Origin: Lama guanicoe
Taxonomy: Eukaryota
Length of the DNA stretch: 64,000 nucleotides
Reading direction: 5' to 3'
NCBI GenBank assembly: GCA_013239625.1
Contig: MU054117.1
Coordinates: 932,001 to 996,000, forward strand
Shown here: positions 13,586-27,099 of the stretch, piece by piece
How positions within the stretch are numbered: the stretch's first letter is position 1
Layout of the letters: each line of letters begins with the position of its first letter
Notes under the pieces: model-generated
Told to the model about the DNA's origin: nothing
The model's input: only the letters and a program-made list of their open reading frames with translations
Databases searched by the model: none
Program-made: the position numbers and the translations under genes

Positions 13586-16500
13586 TACAGTCATTTACTC
13601 CCCAAGAGCAGGGCTGATATTGTCTCAGCATGAAGGACAGTCTTTTACACGGAATAAACTTAAGTGTCCGGAAGACACACCTTGTTTTTCTCACTGTGGG
13701 AGGGCCAGAGGGACCCCCTTGGTCACGACGCCGCTGGCCGGTTCGCTGGCAGCCCAGCACTCGGCACCCGACGAGCACCTGCCGGCTGAGGGGCAGGGTG
13801 AGCGCGCGCATTTATGACACAGCCCGGCCCCCACGGCGGCCCGAGAGCGTCTCCACCTCATCGTCAGTCAGCGTGCACTGACAGCTCTCGTGGCTCCTGG
13901 CACTGAAACGCGGGGCAGCAAGCGCCCCTGCCTGCCCCGTCCACTCTCCAAGCACCGAGAGTAGCAGTGCCCGATAGCCACGCTGGGCTTTAAGGTTTCA
14001 GAACAGTTTCCCGTGCTGTCACCTCACTCAGTTCTCCTGACAGCGTGGAGACTGCTGCCCTGAATCTACAGCTGGAGAAACTGAGGACTCGGGCTGTCCC
14101 GCAGCCGCCTCTGAGATGCGAGAGGGAGAACAGGGGCCCAGCTGGCCACCCCGCAAGGAGATGGGGCACCCACCTGCCTCCAGCCAGCACCCTCGGGAAG
14201 GGTAACCTGCCCCCGCCGCCCTGGTGAAATCGAGACACTCTGTCTGAGCCACAGAATCACAGGACGTGGCTCAGCACCACGGCTGCCCCGGAACCCACGG
14301 CCAGGGTCTCCTGGGAGGAGCAGAGGGCTGGGAGGGTCCCTGGCTTCCATCGGCAGCAAGCACGAGGCTGTCTGCCTCCAGGGCACCATCCGTCCCCCAG
14401 GCCCGCGAGCAGGGCAGTGCAGGCCCCCCGGAGAGGGAGACGGATTGGATCTCAGGTCCACCCAGACGCACCAGAACAAAACCCTCACAAGGATGACGCA
14501 GTGAGTGAGACACCAGAAGCAGGGACCTAATGCACATCACACAGACACTAACCTAACGTGACCCAGGGCCCCCGTCCTTCCATGAGCAAGCCGGGCGGTG
14601 TGCCGCGGCTGAGGGGCTGTCACGGCCTCAGAGCAACCGGCGATCTGGGGAACCAAACAGCAAGCCCACGACTGAACCAGCCTAAGGAGCAAAACGCAAC
14701 AGCAACTCCCTCCACAGAGACAAGCAGTTAACTTGGTATGCACAAGCAGAGGCGGGGGGGAGGGGCTCATGCAGACCTGAGAAGACGGAGCCGCTCCCCT
14801 CGAGGGCAGACACCAGGACTCCGAGAACAAGGGCATCCCGGCACCCTTCTGGAGCCTGTCGCTGGAACAGGGCCCCGGGGGCCGGTTTTCCGGCTGCCAC
14901 CTCCCCGGGAAAGAGGCCCGAGCTCCGAGACCACAGAGCAGCAGGCGGGGCAGCTGGGCAGGCGGGTCCGGGCTCAGGAGCAGGCGCAGTGGCCGGTGGT
15001 GGGCATCCCACGCAGGTGGCTGGGCGGGCGTGCTGGGGCGGGCGCTCTGAATGCCACCATCCTCACTGCACATCTGGCAGCACAGGGCCAGGACGCCGTC
15101 CAGGCAAACGCTGGGGCAAGACTGCGCCCCGGCTGGAGAAACCAAGACGGAGAGCCGGGACTCTGCCGGCCTGCGGCCCGCGGTGAAAACACGGGCCGGG
15201 CATCAGGCCTGCAGGGCGCCTGCCACCGGGAGACCAGAGATTGTGACGGGGCCAACAGGTGCCCATTTACAGGAAGTGCAGCAAGTCACCTGCCCGGGGA
15301 GGCAACCAACCAGGGAAGGGCCTTGCGGGAGGCGGGGGCCAAAGTGAGAGGATCCAGGTGGCGCCGGCCCGATACCGCGACGTGGGCCGGCTGTTGACCT
15401 CGGCAGGGTCGGCTGGGGCACGTTCACCCACCACAGCCTGGTGCCGGACGCTCCTTTGAGGGGATGGGGGTCCGAGGGTGACCACAGCCCCGCCTCCTCC
15501 CCTCACAGAACGGGAGACCATCCCCACCCCCGGGAACCGCTCCCCCGCGGCTGCCGCGAGCTCAAGAACTCAGTGCACGGAACGTTGTTCTAGCCGCCGG
15601 GATGGGTGTCCAGAGCCAACGTCTGCACATCTCTCTTTCTGTTTTGCATTATGAAGGATTTCAAAAGGGAGTTCATCATGCCTCTGAGCAATAACAACAC
15701 CTTAGAAGGCGTTCAGGCCTGGTCTCTGCACCTGCCCCACCTGCCGCTGATCTTCCACCGCAGTGCTGGTCGGTGCTTAGAGCCACCTCGTCCTCAAATC
15801 GCCCTAAACCTCAGTCTTCTTTTAAAGACAAGAAACAGCGAATGCTTCTTTATTAAGCGTGCGTCTTGGTGGCTCTCTCCGCCGCGATCACTTTAGAGGT
15901 AAGAGCCCTCAGTCTTTGTCTGCAGGGAAAATGTCTCTTCATCCCGACTGCCGAATGCTAACGAGCCTGGCACAGGAGTCTCGCTGGGGAGCACCGAGCG
16001 CTCTGAAGCTACCACTTCATTGTCTCCCGAACGCGAAGGTGGTGCAGATGACGTGCGCTGTCATCTGTCTTTCCCCACTGCTTGCTTTCAGGATTTTCTC
16101 ATCTTCTTCGACTTTCCAGCAGTTTTCCACACTGAGCACCCCGGATGGGCTGCAAATCACCGTAGCGCACACTCACCACGCGGCTGCAACCCAGGAGCCA
16201 GAACCTTCCTTCCGTTTTAGGACGTTCTCGGCATTGTCTTCCAAAATGGCGCCTTCTCACCGTTCCCTACTGTCCCCCAGCCGCTCAGACACACGCCGAG
16301 CCTTTTCCTTCTGTCTCCCGGCTTTCAGCTGCTCTTCACGCATTCGATCCTCTCTCTCTCAGAGCTGAACTCGGCCCGCTGCCCGGGGCCTAACTTCCGG
16401 TCAGAGGTTGCACCTCCCGCGCCGTCTGTGCTGGCACGCCGCCCGCTCCACGGAGCTCTGCTTCGACGGCTGCTCCTTAGCTCCCCAAGCACTCCCGGGC

Positions 16501-16634
16501 CCTCTCCTCAAGCCTTCCCTGTTCTCATAGAGACCTGCTCTTTCATCAGATCTCCTTCTTTCATCTCTTCGACTATTATGAACAGATTTGCTGTCGGGTC
16601 CCCCAGCCATCCTGTGAGTATCCGAGACCTGGTT

Positions 16635-16990
16635 CTGTGTGTGGTAACAACACAACACACCCAATGTACACGGTAACCACTGTTACAGGTACGGTTCGGG
16701 ACTGTTAACTACACGCACGCCGCCGTGAGCCCAGGGCTTTCTCATCCCGCGAAAAGGACATCCTGTCCCGAGCAAACCCCACCCCCTCTTACCTTCTCCC
16801 CGCCGCCCTGGGCAGACACCGCGCCGGTTTGGTTGTGAGCCTTTGACCATGTTAGACCCCTCGTTTAGGTGGCGTCACACAGTCTTTGTCGTTTGTGTCT
16901 GGTTTATTTCACTCAGCATAAAGCCCTCAAGACTCACCCGTGTTGTAACTCATGACAGGGCTTCCCTCTTTCTTGAGGCTGAGTGACACC
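16635..16990 (-). mobile_element. Old L1 (L1M) 3' fragment
   Basis: gtttgtgtctggtttatttcactcagcataa...gactcacccgtgttgta...tctttcttgaggctgagt, the reverse of the L1M 3' region. Confidence 0.7.
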
Positions 16991-16999
16991 CAGCGCTCG

Positions 17000-17357
17000 G
17001 GCCTGAGCCTGCTCGGCTCTCATGACCAGATACAGCAGCCTGAGTGGCTTAAGCAGCGGGCTGCGTTTGCCCCCAGTTCTGGAGGCTGGAAACCCAAGAC
17101 CGGGGTGACCGGCCCGTGGTGAGGGCCCCCCTCCTGGCCTGGAGACGGCCCCCCCCTCTGAGCCCTCAGAAGCGCGGAGAGAACAGGACCAGCTCTCTGG
17201 GCCTCCTCTTACGAGGGCACTGGCCCCACCACGGGGCTCCACCCCCGGCCCACCTAACCGCGGCCACCCCCGCAGGCTCCACCCCCAGACGCCGCCACAG
17301 GGAGGTTAAGGCTTCAACGCACGAACCTGGGTTGGGGGTGACAATTTAGTCCCAGCA
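17000..17357 (-). mobile_element. MLT1A-like solo LTR
   Basis: gagtggcttaagcagc...cagttctggaggctggaaacccaagac...ctcttacgagggcact...ggttaaggcttcaacgcacgaa...acaatttagtcccagca. Confidence 0.75.
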
Positions 17358-19594
17358 GCGTGTACACATCATGGCTTCTTAATCCATTCAGCCACCAATG
17401 TCCCAGACAGTTTTCACTTCCACGTTTTAATCCTAACATTCCCGTAGTGAGCAAGCCGCAAAGATTCAGACTCCATCCTGTGCGTGGTGCAGGGCAGTCC
17501 CTCTTCCTCACGGGTGGCAGAGGAACCCCCAGGACAGACTGCAGACAAGTTCCTCTCGTCTCCCCTTGCTGAACAGGAAGCTCCTGTAGGTTCTGGGCCT
17601 TACAGCAGGGCTCCCCTCCTGCTCCCGGCCAAACCGCCCAGGCCAGAGGCCACGCCCGGGGCCTCTCCTCGGACGCCGCGCTCCACGCCTGCTCCAGCTG
17701 GTGCCGAGCGCATGGCCCCGGCCCCGCGAACCTCCTCCCGCCGCGGCCAGTCACAACACGCGCACCGACGGCACAGGGTGGTTTGAGGCTTAAACTACAC
17801 CACTCCCGGGAAGTTCCTGATTCACGCTTGGCACTCCCTGCAGACTCCACAAACCGTGGCTACGTTTATTTCTAAACTCAGCTCAGCCCGACCAAGCCCA
17901 AACCACTGAACTTTCTCTGAAAAAAACTAGTAAAAATTAAAAAGCTATAATATATAAGCTGGTGTACTTTGAACCACCCATAAATATCTCTCCATCCTCT
18001 TGAAAAAGACAAGAGGAGAAAAAGTGAAACAGAAGAATCATCTAGAACCCAGCGCAAAGTCTGAACCCCAGTACCATTCACACAGGACCTGTCGCCCAGC
18101 GTGAGACGCTGCCTGGGGAATCAGCTACTGTTTGATGCACACAGACTGCACGGACCTCTCACCAACCTACGACACACAGAGAGCGCTCGGCCGTCCCCAG
18201 ATCAGACTCCCCACTGACCGTACAGACACGAGTGTCATTTGTCCCTCCAGTGGGCAACGTGTTGGTGTTACGGTGAACATTGTTCAGCCTCACAGCTGAA
18301 CGCGACTCTTCAGATGGTTCACAGGACATACACCCCCACCCCCGCCCCGGCCGGTGCTGCTGGGTTCCACGGTGGACGGTCCACGCCTCACGTCTCAGTT
18401 TCGCTCTCAGTGGACAGAACTGCAGAGCAGAACCCGGGTGCTTCCAACACAGCCTCCTGCACCAAGGCCTTCCCGCCGGGCGGCCCACTTAAGAAGACCT
18501 GTTACATAAAGCAGGCCGCGTCTGAACTGAGTCATCCCATGGAAGTCAGCAACAGCCCAGCACTGGTGTGTCTGACTCCAGGATAAATGGGGATCAAACT
18601 GGGAAGAAAAGCCAGAGACAAAGCATTTTATGACGGCAAAGTGTCTGGTGCAAGAGATGTAATCACTGCACCGTCCACGTCCCGTGGAAAACCGTTTTGT
18701 CTAAGGAATGGAAAACACACTTGGAGGGAGGGAGGGAGGGAGGGGGAAAGACATGCGGTCTGTCCCCCAGAGCAGCTGCTGCCACGTGAGGTGCGCGGCC
18801 GAGAGGGAGCTGAGTGTACCCCTTCACTTACTATGTCCTCCTGGAGCGCGTTCAAAGCCGGAACATGAAGGACGTGTAATATCCAGAAGTGAAAACAGCC
18901 CCTCTCAACGCTGCCTGCGAGGCTCTGCCCTAAACTAGGCGGTGGAGCAGGAGGCCACGTCTGCGGCGGGCGGGCTGGGGGGGGCGGGACGCGAGGCGGC
19001 TGGGTGGCGGTGCTTCTTCAAGTCAGGAGAGGCAGATCCAGGCTGGTCCCGTCTGGCTGCAGCGCAGACAGTGACGATTCCAGCCCGACAAGAGAAGACC
19101 CCAGAATAGGTGCTTACAGAGCAGGCCGCCCCGTGTCCCCGGGAAAGGGCCATCGTGTCACCGGATGTCAACCCCAGCGCTTCTGACCGACCCCCTCCCC
19201 GACTTTCATCTCTGAGCTAGCAGACAGACACAAACCAGAGCCCTTGGAGATTATTTCTACATATGCCCACCTCTGTCTACGCCAGAGTGGACGCCCTGCC
19301 CGCCAGCACTGCACGGCACAGGCAGACCCCGGCGCAGGCCCGCGCACACCCGCTCCCCGGGGGACCTGGGCGGAGCACAGCCCAGCCCCTCGGACCCTGG
19401 GTCCTGCCGTCCAGAATCTGAGGTCTGGATGAGGCCCTCTCGCTGACGCACGGCCCAGGTGACAGTCTCCTCCTGCTGGGGTGGTCTGGGCAGACCCACG
19501 AGCATAAGCTACCAAGAAGACTCTCAAAGCCCAACAACAAACTCTCCAGAATAGAAGAGAAGCAACACGATCACAGCCCAGCTTTCCCAGAGCA

Positions 19595-19770
19595 AGGGCT
19601 CAGAACTCCAGCTCCTCCACCTACTGGCTGTGTGGCCTTAGGCCAATGCCTTAAGCCCTCTGAGCCTCTGTTTTCTCTCCTGTTATATGGGGATGAGCGG
19701 AGTTCCTATGTCACGAGCTGGAGGTGAGGAGTCCATGAGACAGTGCATGGGACGCACTCCGCCGCGAGCC
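19595..19770 (+). mobile_element. MIR SINE fragment
   Basis: ctactggctgtgtggccttaggccaatgccttaagccctctgagcctctgttttctctcctgttatatgggga. Confidence 0.75.
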
Positions 19771-22152
19771 ACAGGGAGCGAGGGAGAGACCCCTGGCTGT
19801 AGAAACGAGGCCCGGAGGCCCGGGCTGGAGGGGGGCAGGGAGAGAAGACATCGGCCGTCATGACGCTGAACTGTTTACAGCCGAAGGAATGCACAGCCAG
19901 GAGCTGATTTATGTTAAGTCACGGCCTCGTGTCCCTGGATGTCTCCATGCCAGCTCCCCCCACCGCCTGCCATTTAAACACACAGCTCGATCTGGGTCCC
20001 CCCTTGGGTGTTGGCAGGTTGAAAGGCACTTCCAAAGCCAACCAGCTCGAGAAGGCCAAATACGGCCAAGCTCAGGCCACTGTAGGTGGACCAGGAGGCC
20101 GGCGGGCGCCGGGAGGTGGTGAGGGGTGACTCAGACACCAGCTGACGACTCCAGGGTGCGGGTGCCTGTGCGCTGTGTTCCCTTCCAGACAAAACTTTCC
20201 AGCCTATAACCCCGAATATTTTCTCGAAGCAGTGGGGTCTAATGCAGCGGCCTGTGGGCACAGGCAGCCTCTCCTGCCAGCGTGGACACTATCCTGAGTC
20301 TCGCACCGGCTCCCAGGCTCCGGCCCCCGAGGGAGCAGAGCAACGGGAGTCGACTGGATGCAAGTCTCCTCCAGACCCAGAGGAGACTCAGAAAGTCCAC
20401 GGAACAAAGGAAGGTGCTGGGGACGGGGCCAAGCCCTCGCCCGCTCGGGACGACCAGTCAGACCACCTCTGCCCGGGGATCGAGTGAGAACAAAACGAGG
20501 CACGAGGTGTGAAACGTTTCGAAAAACATTTAGAAAGACGGTATAATGAAAACATGAAGTACCTCCTAGTGACCCCACGAGGAAAGTCAGACCGGAGGTC
20601 ACAAGCTCTCGGGTGTGACCCACCTTTTAAAGCGTACCCGTGACTTACCAGCCTAGCTGAACAAACGTGAAAATCAGAATTTATAAAATGGGTGCTTTTT
20701 TTCCCCTTTTTTCCCCTGCATTATACCAAACACAAACTTCAACTGATTGTTTTTCACTGAACTGGCTTTGTTTGACAGAACTGACTGGATCACCCGGCTG
20801 TATTAACTAGGCCTGACCACCTGTCTGTCTCTCCCAGGCGTGGCCAAGATAGTAGGTGTGCCACACACCTTCCCTCCAGCCCGAGCCCGGGGCAGACATC
20901 ACCAGTCAATCCCCGCACTCTGCCCTGCGCTCAGGCTGCAGCCCTGCAGGCGCCACACAGGACCTCAGACCTACTTGTCACCTTCGGTTGGACCATCCTT
21001 TGCCTGATTTAAAGGGAAGCCACAGGCTCAACGATTTTAGTCTTACTAATTCCTCCTGAACTTGCTGATGCCTGGAATTCCTGGAAAGAAAGACACAGCC
21101 TTTCACTTTGCAATGAGACAAAAGGCTGATCAGCAAAGACGTCAGAGAGAACACAAAATGACTTACATTTACACAGAAGTGCAAAGAGTTGATTCCAGCT
21201 TCCCTCCGAGCAGGGTCCTCCCGTGGGAGGTCTTCGCCGCATCTCTGAAGGAACCTTCTCCGCGCCCTCGAGACTCCCGGCCTCCGGGGCAGCAGCCCTC
21301 ACCTCTCTGCCCCACGACTGCCAGCTGGTGTGGGGACTGCGCTGCCCAACCCTGTGGGGTCCTGGGCACGACTTACAAGGGAGGGGAGCGCTGAGTCTGG
21401 GCAGGTCCCACAGCCGGCAGGAGCACGGGGGGAAGATGGCCGGCAGAGAGGAGCCCAGTGACCAGACACAGCGACTCAGCGCCCGCGTCTTCGTTCACAC
21501 CGGTTTGCCCCCATCCCCGGGCCGCTCCACTCCCGGCCCAGCTTCTGTTCCAGGAGGTCCTCAACGGGGCCGGCGCGCCGTCCGCACGGTGGGGCTCTGG
21601 GGAAGCTGAGCGAGACGTCCAGAGTCCAGGGAGCCTGCTCCCTCCTCGAGCGAGTGTGCGGCCGCCGCTGAGCAGGCCCAGGTGACTCGGCCAGAGGCCC
21701 CCCGGAGCCCCGGGCAGGGTGGACAGCCATCCTCGCCGCCGCTTCCTCCCTGGGCCTCTGGGACCCAGCGGACGCGTGGCACTCGGCTCTCGGTGTCCGT
21801 TCTGTGTTTGTGCTGCCGTCAGGCGGCTGCCACGGCGCCAGCGCACGGAGGCACTCACCACACGCCGACTGACTGACTGACTGACAGTCCGTCCCTCAGA
21901 GAAGACAGAACAGCAAGCCACCATGACTCACCTGGTCTGTGCCTCACGTACCTGCTGTACCTAACAGACACCGAATGCACAGGTACACGTTGTAACGCTC
22001 ACCCAGCACAGCCTGTCTACCTGTGACCTCAAAACAAAGGAACCTCGCTAACAGCCTGCAAGTTCAAAACACTCTGAACAAGCAAATCCCGGAGGACAGA
22101 CTGGCGACCCTCCGGTGACAGTTAAAGGAGGGAGACCCTCCAGCCTCATCAC

Positions 22153-22392
22153 GTCACACGGGGCCCTGGGAGCCTCCCCTCAGTCACACGGGGCCCTGGG
22201 AGCCTCCCCTCAGTCACACGGGGCCCTGGGAGCCTCCCCTCAGTCACACGGGGCCCTGGGAGCCTCCCCTCAGTCACACGGGGCCCTGGGAGCCTCCCCT
22301 CAGTCACACGGGGTCCTGGGAGCCTCCCCTCAGTCACACGGGGCCCTGGGAGCCTCCCCTCAGTCACACGGGGCCCTGGGAGCCTCCCCTCA
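22153..22392. repeat. 30-bp minisatellite (VNTR), 8 copies of GTCACACGGGGCCCTGGGAGCCTCCCCTCA
   Basis: Directly visible; all copies identical except one C>T in copy 6. Confidence 0.98.
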
Positions 22393-22499
22393 GAAGTACA
22401 GCTTTACTAAACGAGCAGCTCCAGGGAGAATTATTTCACAAGTGGGGCAGGGCTATGTTTATAATAAGCCCTTCCGTGTACGTGTGATAATGAAGCAAC

Positions 22500-22900
22500 G
22501 GACATGAAAGAGCATTTAAGAGAAAGGGTAAAATGAGAAAGATGGATACATGTTTCAGTAGGAGTTTCAGAAGAATAAAACAGCACGACTGGGGGAAGAG
22601 CAATATTCGAAAATGACTGAGGATTTCCTAGAACTTGCGATGAAATGAATCCTCAGACTGAAGTACCCACCAAGTCACAAGCGAGGTTTTTTTTAAAAGT
22701 CAGGGCATTAACACAACACTGTGGAACTGCCCAAGACTGAAGATGAAGTGGGTGTGTTTCAAAAGTCAGAGCTACGAGCAGGGCTTACAGCAGGCTTCTC
22801 GCCAGCACCGGCGAAGGCCAGAAAACAGCGAGGTATCTTCAAATTGCCGAAGGACGGGGAGGGCCCGCCACAGACTGCGGCCCCCCACCACAAGCACGTG
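22500..22900 (+). mobile_element. Ancient L1 ORF1/HAL1-like fragment
   Basis: ggagtttcagaaga...gaagagcaatattcgaaaatgactgaggatttcctagaact...gaatcctcagactgaag...gcaggcttctc...gaaggccagaaaacag resembles the ORF1 C-terminal region. Confidence 0.55.
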
Positions 22901-25449
22901 CTCCTGTGCTAAGGAAAGAAATCCCGAGGGAAGGGAAGGGATGCAGGACGCCATAACCGTTCTTCACAAAAAGTTTCCTAGACGGGGGTGTGTCTTCTCA
23001 GTCACACACACTGCGTGGAAGACAGAGCACCCCAGTCCGAGCCCCCCATCACTCGCACACCGGCTAAGGAGACGCAGGGCGCCCCCAGGCCTTGAACACC
23101 CAGAGCCTCTTCACTGCTTTTTTTAAAATCACAGAGCAGGGCTGTTCCACACTCCCTGCCCTCCCCCAGGACATTCCTTCCGGCGGAAAGCTGAGGTCAG
23201 ACCGGCTTCTTAAGCGCTGGCGTCTACACCGCCATCTCCCCGTGCACTGACCGTACACACAGGTTTCTCCTGCTGTCTTTCGAGTAATTCCCTTGCAATA
23301 TTCAAGTTGTGGTCACTGACAAATGGGTTGAAAAGGATAAACAGATTCTTAATCGGGGGATGGGAGAACTGGACACAGGTCCTCGGACAAGGGGAAGGTG
23401 AGTGATTCAACAAAATGCCAGAGCAAGAGGCAGAGGTCACCTACGCACGGGTCACCCGGCGCCCGGACGCCTGCAGCCGGCCGGCCCGCCATCTGCCAGG
23501 GGTCTCAGGGAGCGTCCACCACTCCCTCTGCTGCCTGCTGCTTCTCACGCACACGAGCGCACACCACAGGCAGAGCCTTGTCAGGGAACTTGTAAGCATT
23601 CGGCCCCGAGTGGCAAAGGAACCCCTCCCTAAGTGTCTCTGGTTTAGTTTCTGTTCGGTTACTTCTGGGCCTGCACACACGAGCAGAGACCTTTACTGCC
23701 ATTCTGTCCTCTGCCACTTGATCATTTTATCCTTTCAAACAGACCACGACGCAACTGTAACCACGCAGGAGGCGAGGCCTGGCCCCTCCACGGCCAGGTG
23801 CGCGTGAAGGAGGCTCCATGCCGGTGTCTGTGCCTGTCCCGAGAAGAGCCGTGTCCGTCTCTCGGGATGCAGGCCGCTCCGTCCCTTCCCCCACCTCAAG
23901 GGCACTTGGTTCCGGTCATTTTCTCTTGGAGAGTTTCCTCCCTCCTCCTCCACTCTACCAGAGCCAAGTCAAGCTCCAAAGGTCCGGGCCTGGGCCCCGT
24001 CATCTGGAGAGACTCAGCGGACACTCTGCCCAGGGCTCCCTGGAGCTGGGGGTGGGAACCAGAGCACCCCACCGGCCAGACCTGGCAAGATACCGGGTGG
24101 AGGTCAGCAGTGCCCTCCAGGCTCCGGGGAATAAGGCCAAGCTCTGCAGGCAGAAATCCAGATGGGGCCACCCCAGGTGTCACGGAGCCAGTCCCCAGGG
24201 GCCATCGCAGAACGTCACTTCTGGGCAGGCCGACAGCACCTGGGCTGTTTCTCCAGCCAAAAACGGCAACAAAAGTGGCTTCCAGGCAAAGGCCTCGCCT
24301 TCCCCGAGTTATCCCACCCAAAAGTCAGGTCCATCTGAAGTGGAAGAGGTGGCGGGTGGGTACAGCAGCTGGAGAAGAGACTCCGGAGTTGGGGCCTGGG
24401 TCTGTCTTCGCATTTCACCCGATGGGCAAGCAGGGACAGTTGGGCTGAAGTGCAGGGGCCCAGCCTCCCGGCTCTGCAACCCCACCCCTCCTGCCTCCAG
24501 GAAAGGCCTTCCAGCCCATGCCCCTGCCCTCACAACCAGAGTCCCAGCACGCAGGACAGGGCCGGGGCAAGCCGAGGGGCACCTCCTGGTCCTTAACTCC
24601 TCCTGGACCAGCAGTAAACTCAGTGCCACCAGCAGGGGATGTTCTCACAGCACTCAAAGAGGGTGGCTGTCTTTTCATTAAACATTCAGGGTATTTGTCT
24701 CAATTGCAGGGAAATCCAGGCATGGCAAAGCTCAAATGGGATCAGACGTGAGACTTCCCAGTGATTGGTCACATTTCTGTCGTGGGGTTACAAGGGAGGG
24801 GAAGATATTTTAAAAATCAAAATGCTCTGTTCTCAGAAACGTGATATTCTGACATATAATTATAAGGCTGTAGAATCACAGGGCTTAACACTTCGGGAAG
24901 GCTGGCCAGTTCTGCAGAGAGCCCACATCCCAGGCTGGGAAGCTCTGCTCGCGGGGTCGGAGCGTGGGGGATGGGGCGGGAACACCAGAGGCGGGTCTCT
25001 CCTCCCTGAGGCCCCGAATACCTCAGTATCTGGTCTTTGCCTCACGCCCCACCCCCTCAGTACCACCCAAGGCTCTTCATCCTCACTCACCTGCTCAGGT
25101 CTGTTTCTGGGGACAGAACCTCACTCCTCAGCTAGGGGTCACCCTTCCCCTCCTGTCCCAATCCCCAGCCTGCTGCCTTCATTCAGGTCTTCATCAATAG
25201 GGCCCCTTCATTTCCAGTCTCTCCCCTGCCGACAAATCCATCTCCTCTGTTTTCACTCACAGTCAAAATTCCTGGAAGAGCAGTCCACCCTGCACGCTCA
25301 GCAGTCACCCGAACCGTCCCGCAAGGTCCCCGACGAACCACGCCGTCAAATCCAGGGGGCTGCGCCCAGGCCCCGTCTCCCCTCCCACCACCCCATCCGA
25401 TGGTGCTGACAGCGAGGACCCCGGCGCTCCAGGACCTTGCAGCAGTAAG

Positions 25450-26400
25450 GCCCTCCTCCACCTCCCTGACCCCTTGGCTCTGTCTGCTGTTTCACCTGCT
25501 TCCTGACCTTTAAACACGAGGCTCCTTCCTCAGTCCTACGTCATCCCCCTCCCCTCTGTTCTCTCTCCCAAGTAATTCCATCCATTTCCACAGCTTCAAA
25601 TATCACCTTAAATGCACTCTAATTCTGTGTGTATGCTGAGTAACCTCCATCAGCTCTCCAAATCCGCCCCCTCCCCTTCCTCCCAGACAGCCCCACCCAC
25701 CCAGACAGCCCTCCCCACCCAGACAGCCCCGCCCACCCAGACAGTCCTCCCCACCCAGACAGCCCCGCCCACCTAGACAGCGGGCTTCCTTGCCTTCTAG
25801 CTTTTGTTGAGAAGTCCTTCCCTCTCCCGCCTGGACTGTGATGGCAGCACCGGAAGTGCCCCCGCCTGTTGCCTTAGCGCCCCCGTTCAACCTGACCTTC
25901 TGGAAGAGTGGCTGCGGTCACACCATTCCGTTGCTCGAACACTCCAGCCAGCATCCTGCTGCCAACGGAACACGATGCGAACACCTGCTCCCCTTTCCTG
26001 CCTTGTCTCCACTTCTCCCGCGCGACCTGTGCGCTGGTCAGACTCAACTCGCTACCCTCTAAAATCCAGTGCACACGCCTGTCAGTCCATCATTTCTACT
26101 GGGGATGCGCCCCTCCTCCTCAACCTCGGTCCAGCCGGCCGTCACATAGCCTGTCTCCATTTGCTCGCCTGACCACATCGCCTCCTTCTTCAACCTGCAG
26201 CCTTTCATCCTCCCTCCTTGTAACATCAGGTGCGTTCTGCCCGTTGCCACCGTCATGGGTGTCCGTGTGTCCATCTGAGCCCCTGCTAGACTGCACGCTC
26301 CCCAAAGGGAGGGATAACTCAGGGGCTGTAACGCAGAAGGCCTCCTGGAGTCCAGAGACCTTGTGAGCAGCCCGCCTCACAGGCAGATGCTCATAGCATG
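25450..26400 (+). mobile_element. L2 LINE fragment
   Basis: Pyrimidine-rich L2-like tracts (cagcttcaaatatcacctt; ccattccgttgctcgaacactccag; ccctgctagactgcacgctccccaaagggaggga). Confidence 0.5.
25682..25781. repeat. 18-bp minisatellite, ~5.5 copies of CCCAGACAGCCC(C/T)(G/C/A)CCCA
   Basis: Directly visible units starting at 25682, 25700, 25718, 25736, 25754 and 25772. Confidence 0.9.
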
Positions 26401-27099
26401 GTGAGGGTGAGCGTCGTCCCCATTCTGGGAGGGGAGGACCAGCTTAGGGTTGTTTTCATCACAACTGGCATGAGTGTCCCCATTTTCAGGGCATTTCACA
26501 GTCAATTTATCCTGAAAAAAGGCTCCGTACCTCCTGGTCTTTCAGACAGCTGGGCACAGGTCAAAATGTTTGCCTTTTAAATAACTGAAAAAGAGTCACA
26601 GGATCTCATCCACTGCAGACCAAACATGACATCTGAGCCACTGTAATCCCCTCTGGAGTGCAGCCTGGATCCCCGGGAGGTCTGGGCAGCCCAGCGTGGT
26701 GACAGAGGCTCGACCTTGGAGAGACGCAGGGCAACGTTGCAGCTCTGGACAGACGCCCAGACACACCTGTGAGCAGGACCAGGGAGGGGACGGGAAGGCG
26801 GAGCCCAAGAGAGGGGCTTTACTAGCAGTTGGATTGAACTAAATGTGTCGGCAGGAAGGTGAGGACTGAACTTGGAGGACTGAAGGTGGAGACCTTCAGT
26901 ATCTTTGGAGCAGAGGCTGCATCAGCCACTGCTCATCAGACGGCAGCTGCTGGGTTGTTAAACACCTGATTAGAGTTAAAATTCAGATACAGGCACCAGG
27001 AGCTCAGAGAAGACCTCATTACTGCCACCATGGATTTTCCTAACACCATATCCCCATCCACACCGGATTCCAACGCAAGGCAAGGGGCTCTCATAACTA

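Noticed and set aside
22115..22507. Repeat protein (SHGALGASPQ)8, or a CRISPR-like array
   Set aside because: Translation of a 30-bp VNTR; units are contiguous with no unique spacers, there are no cas genes, and the context is eukaryotic
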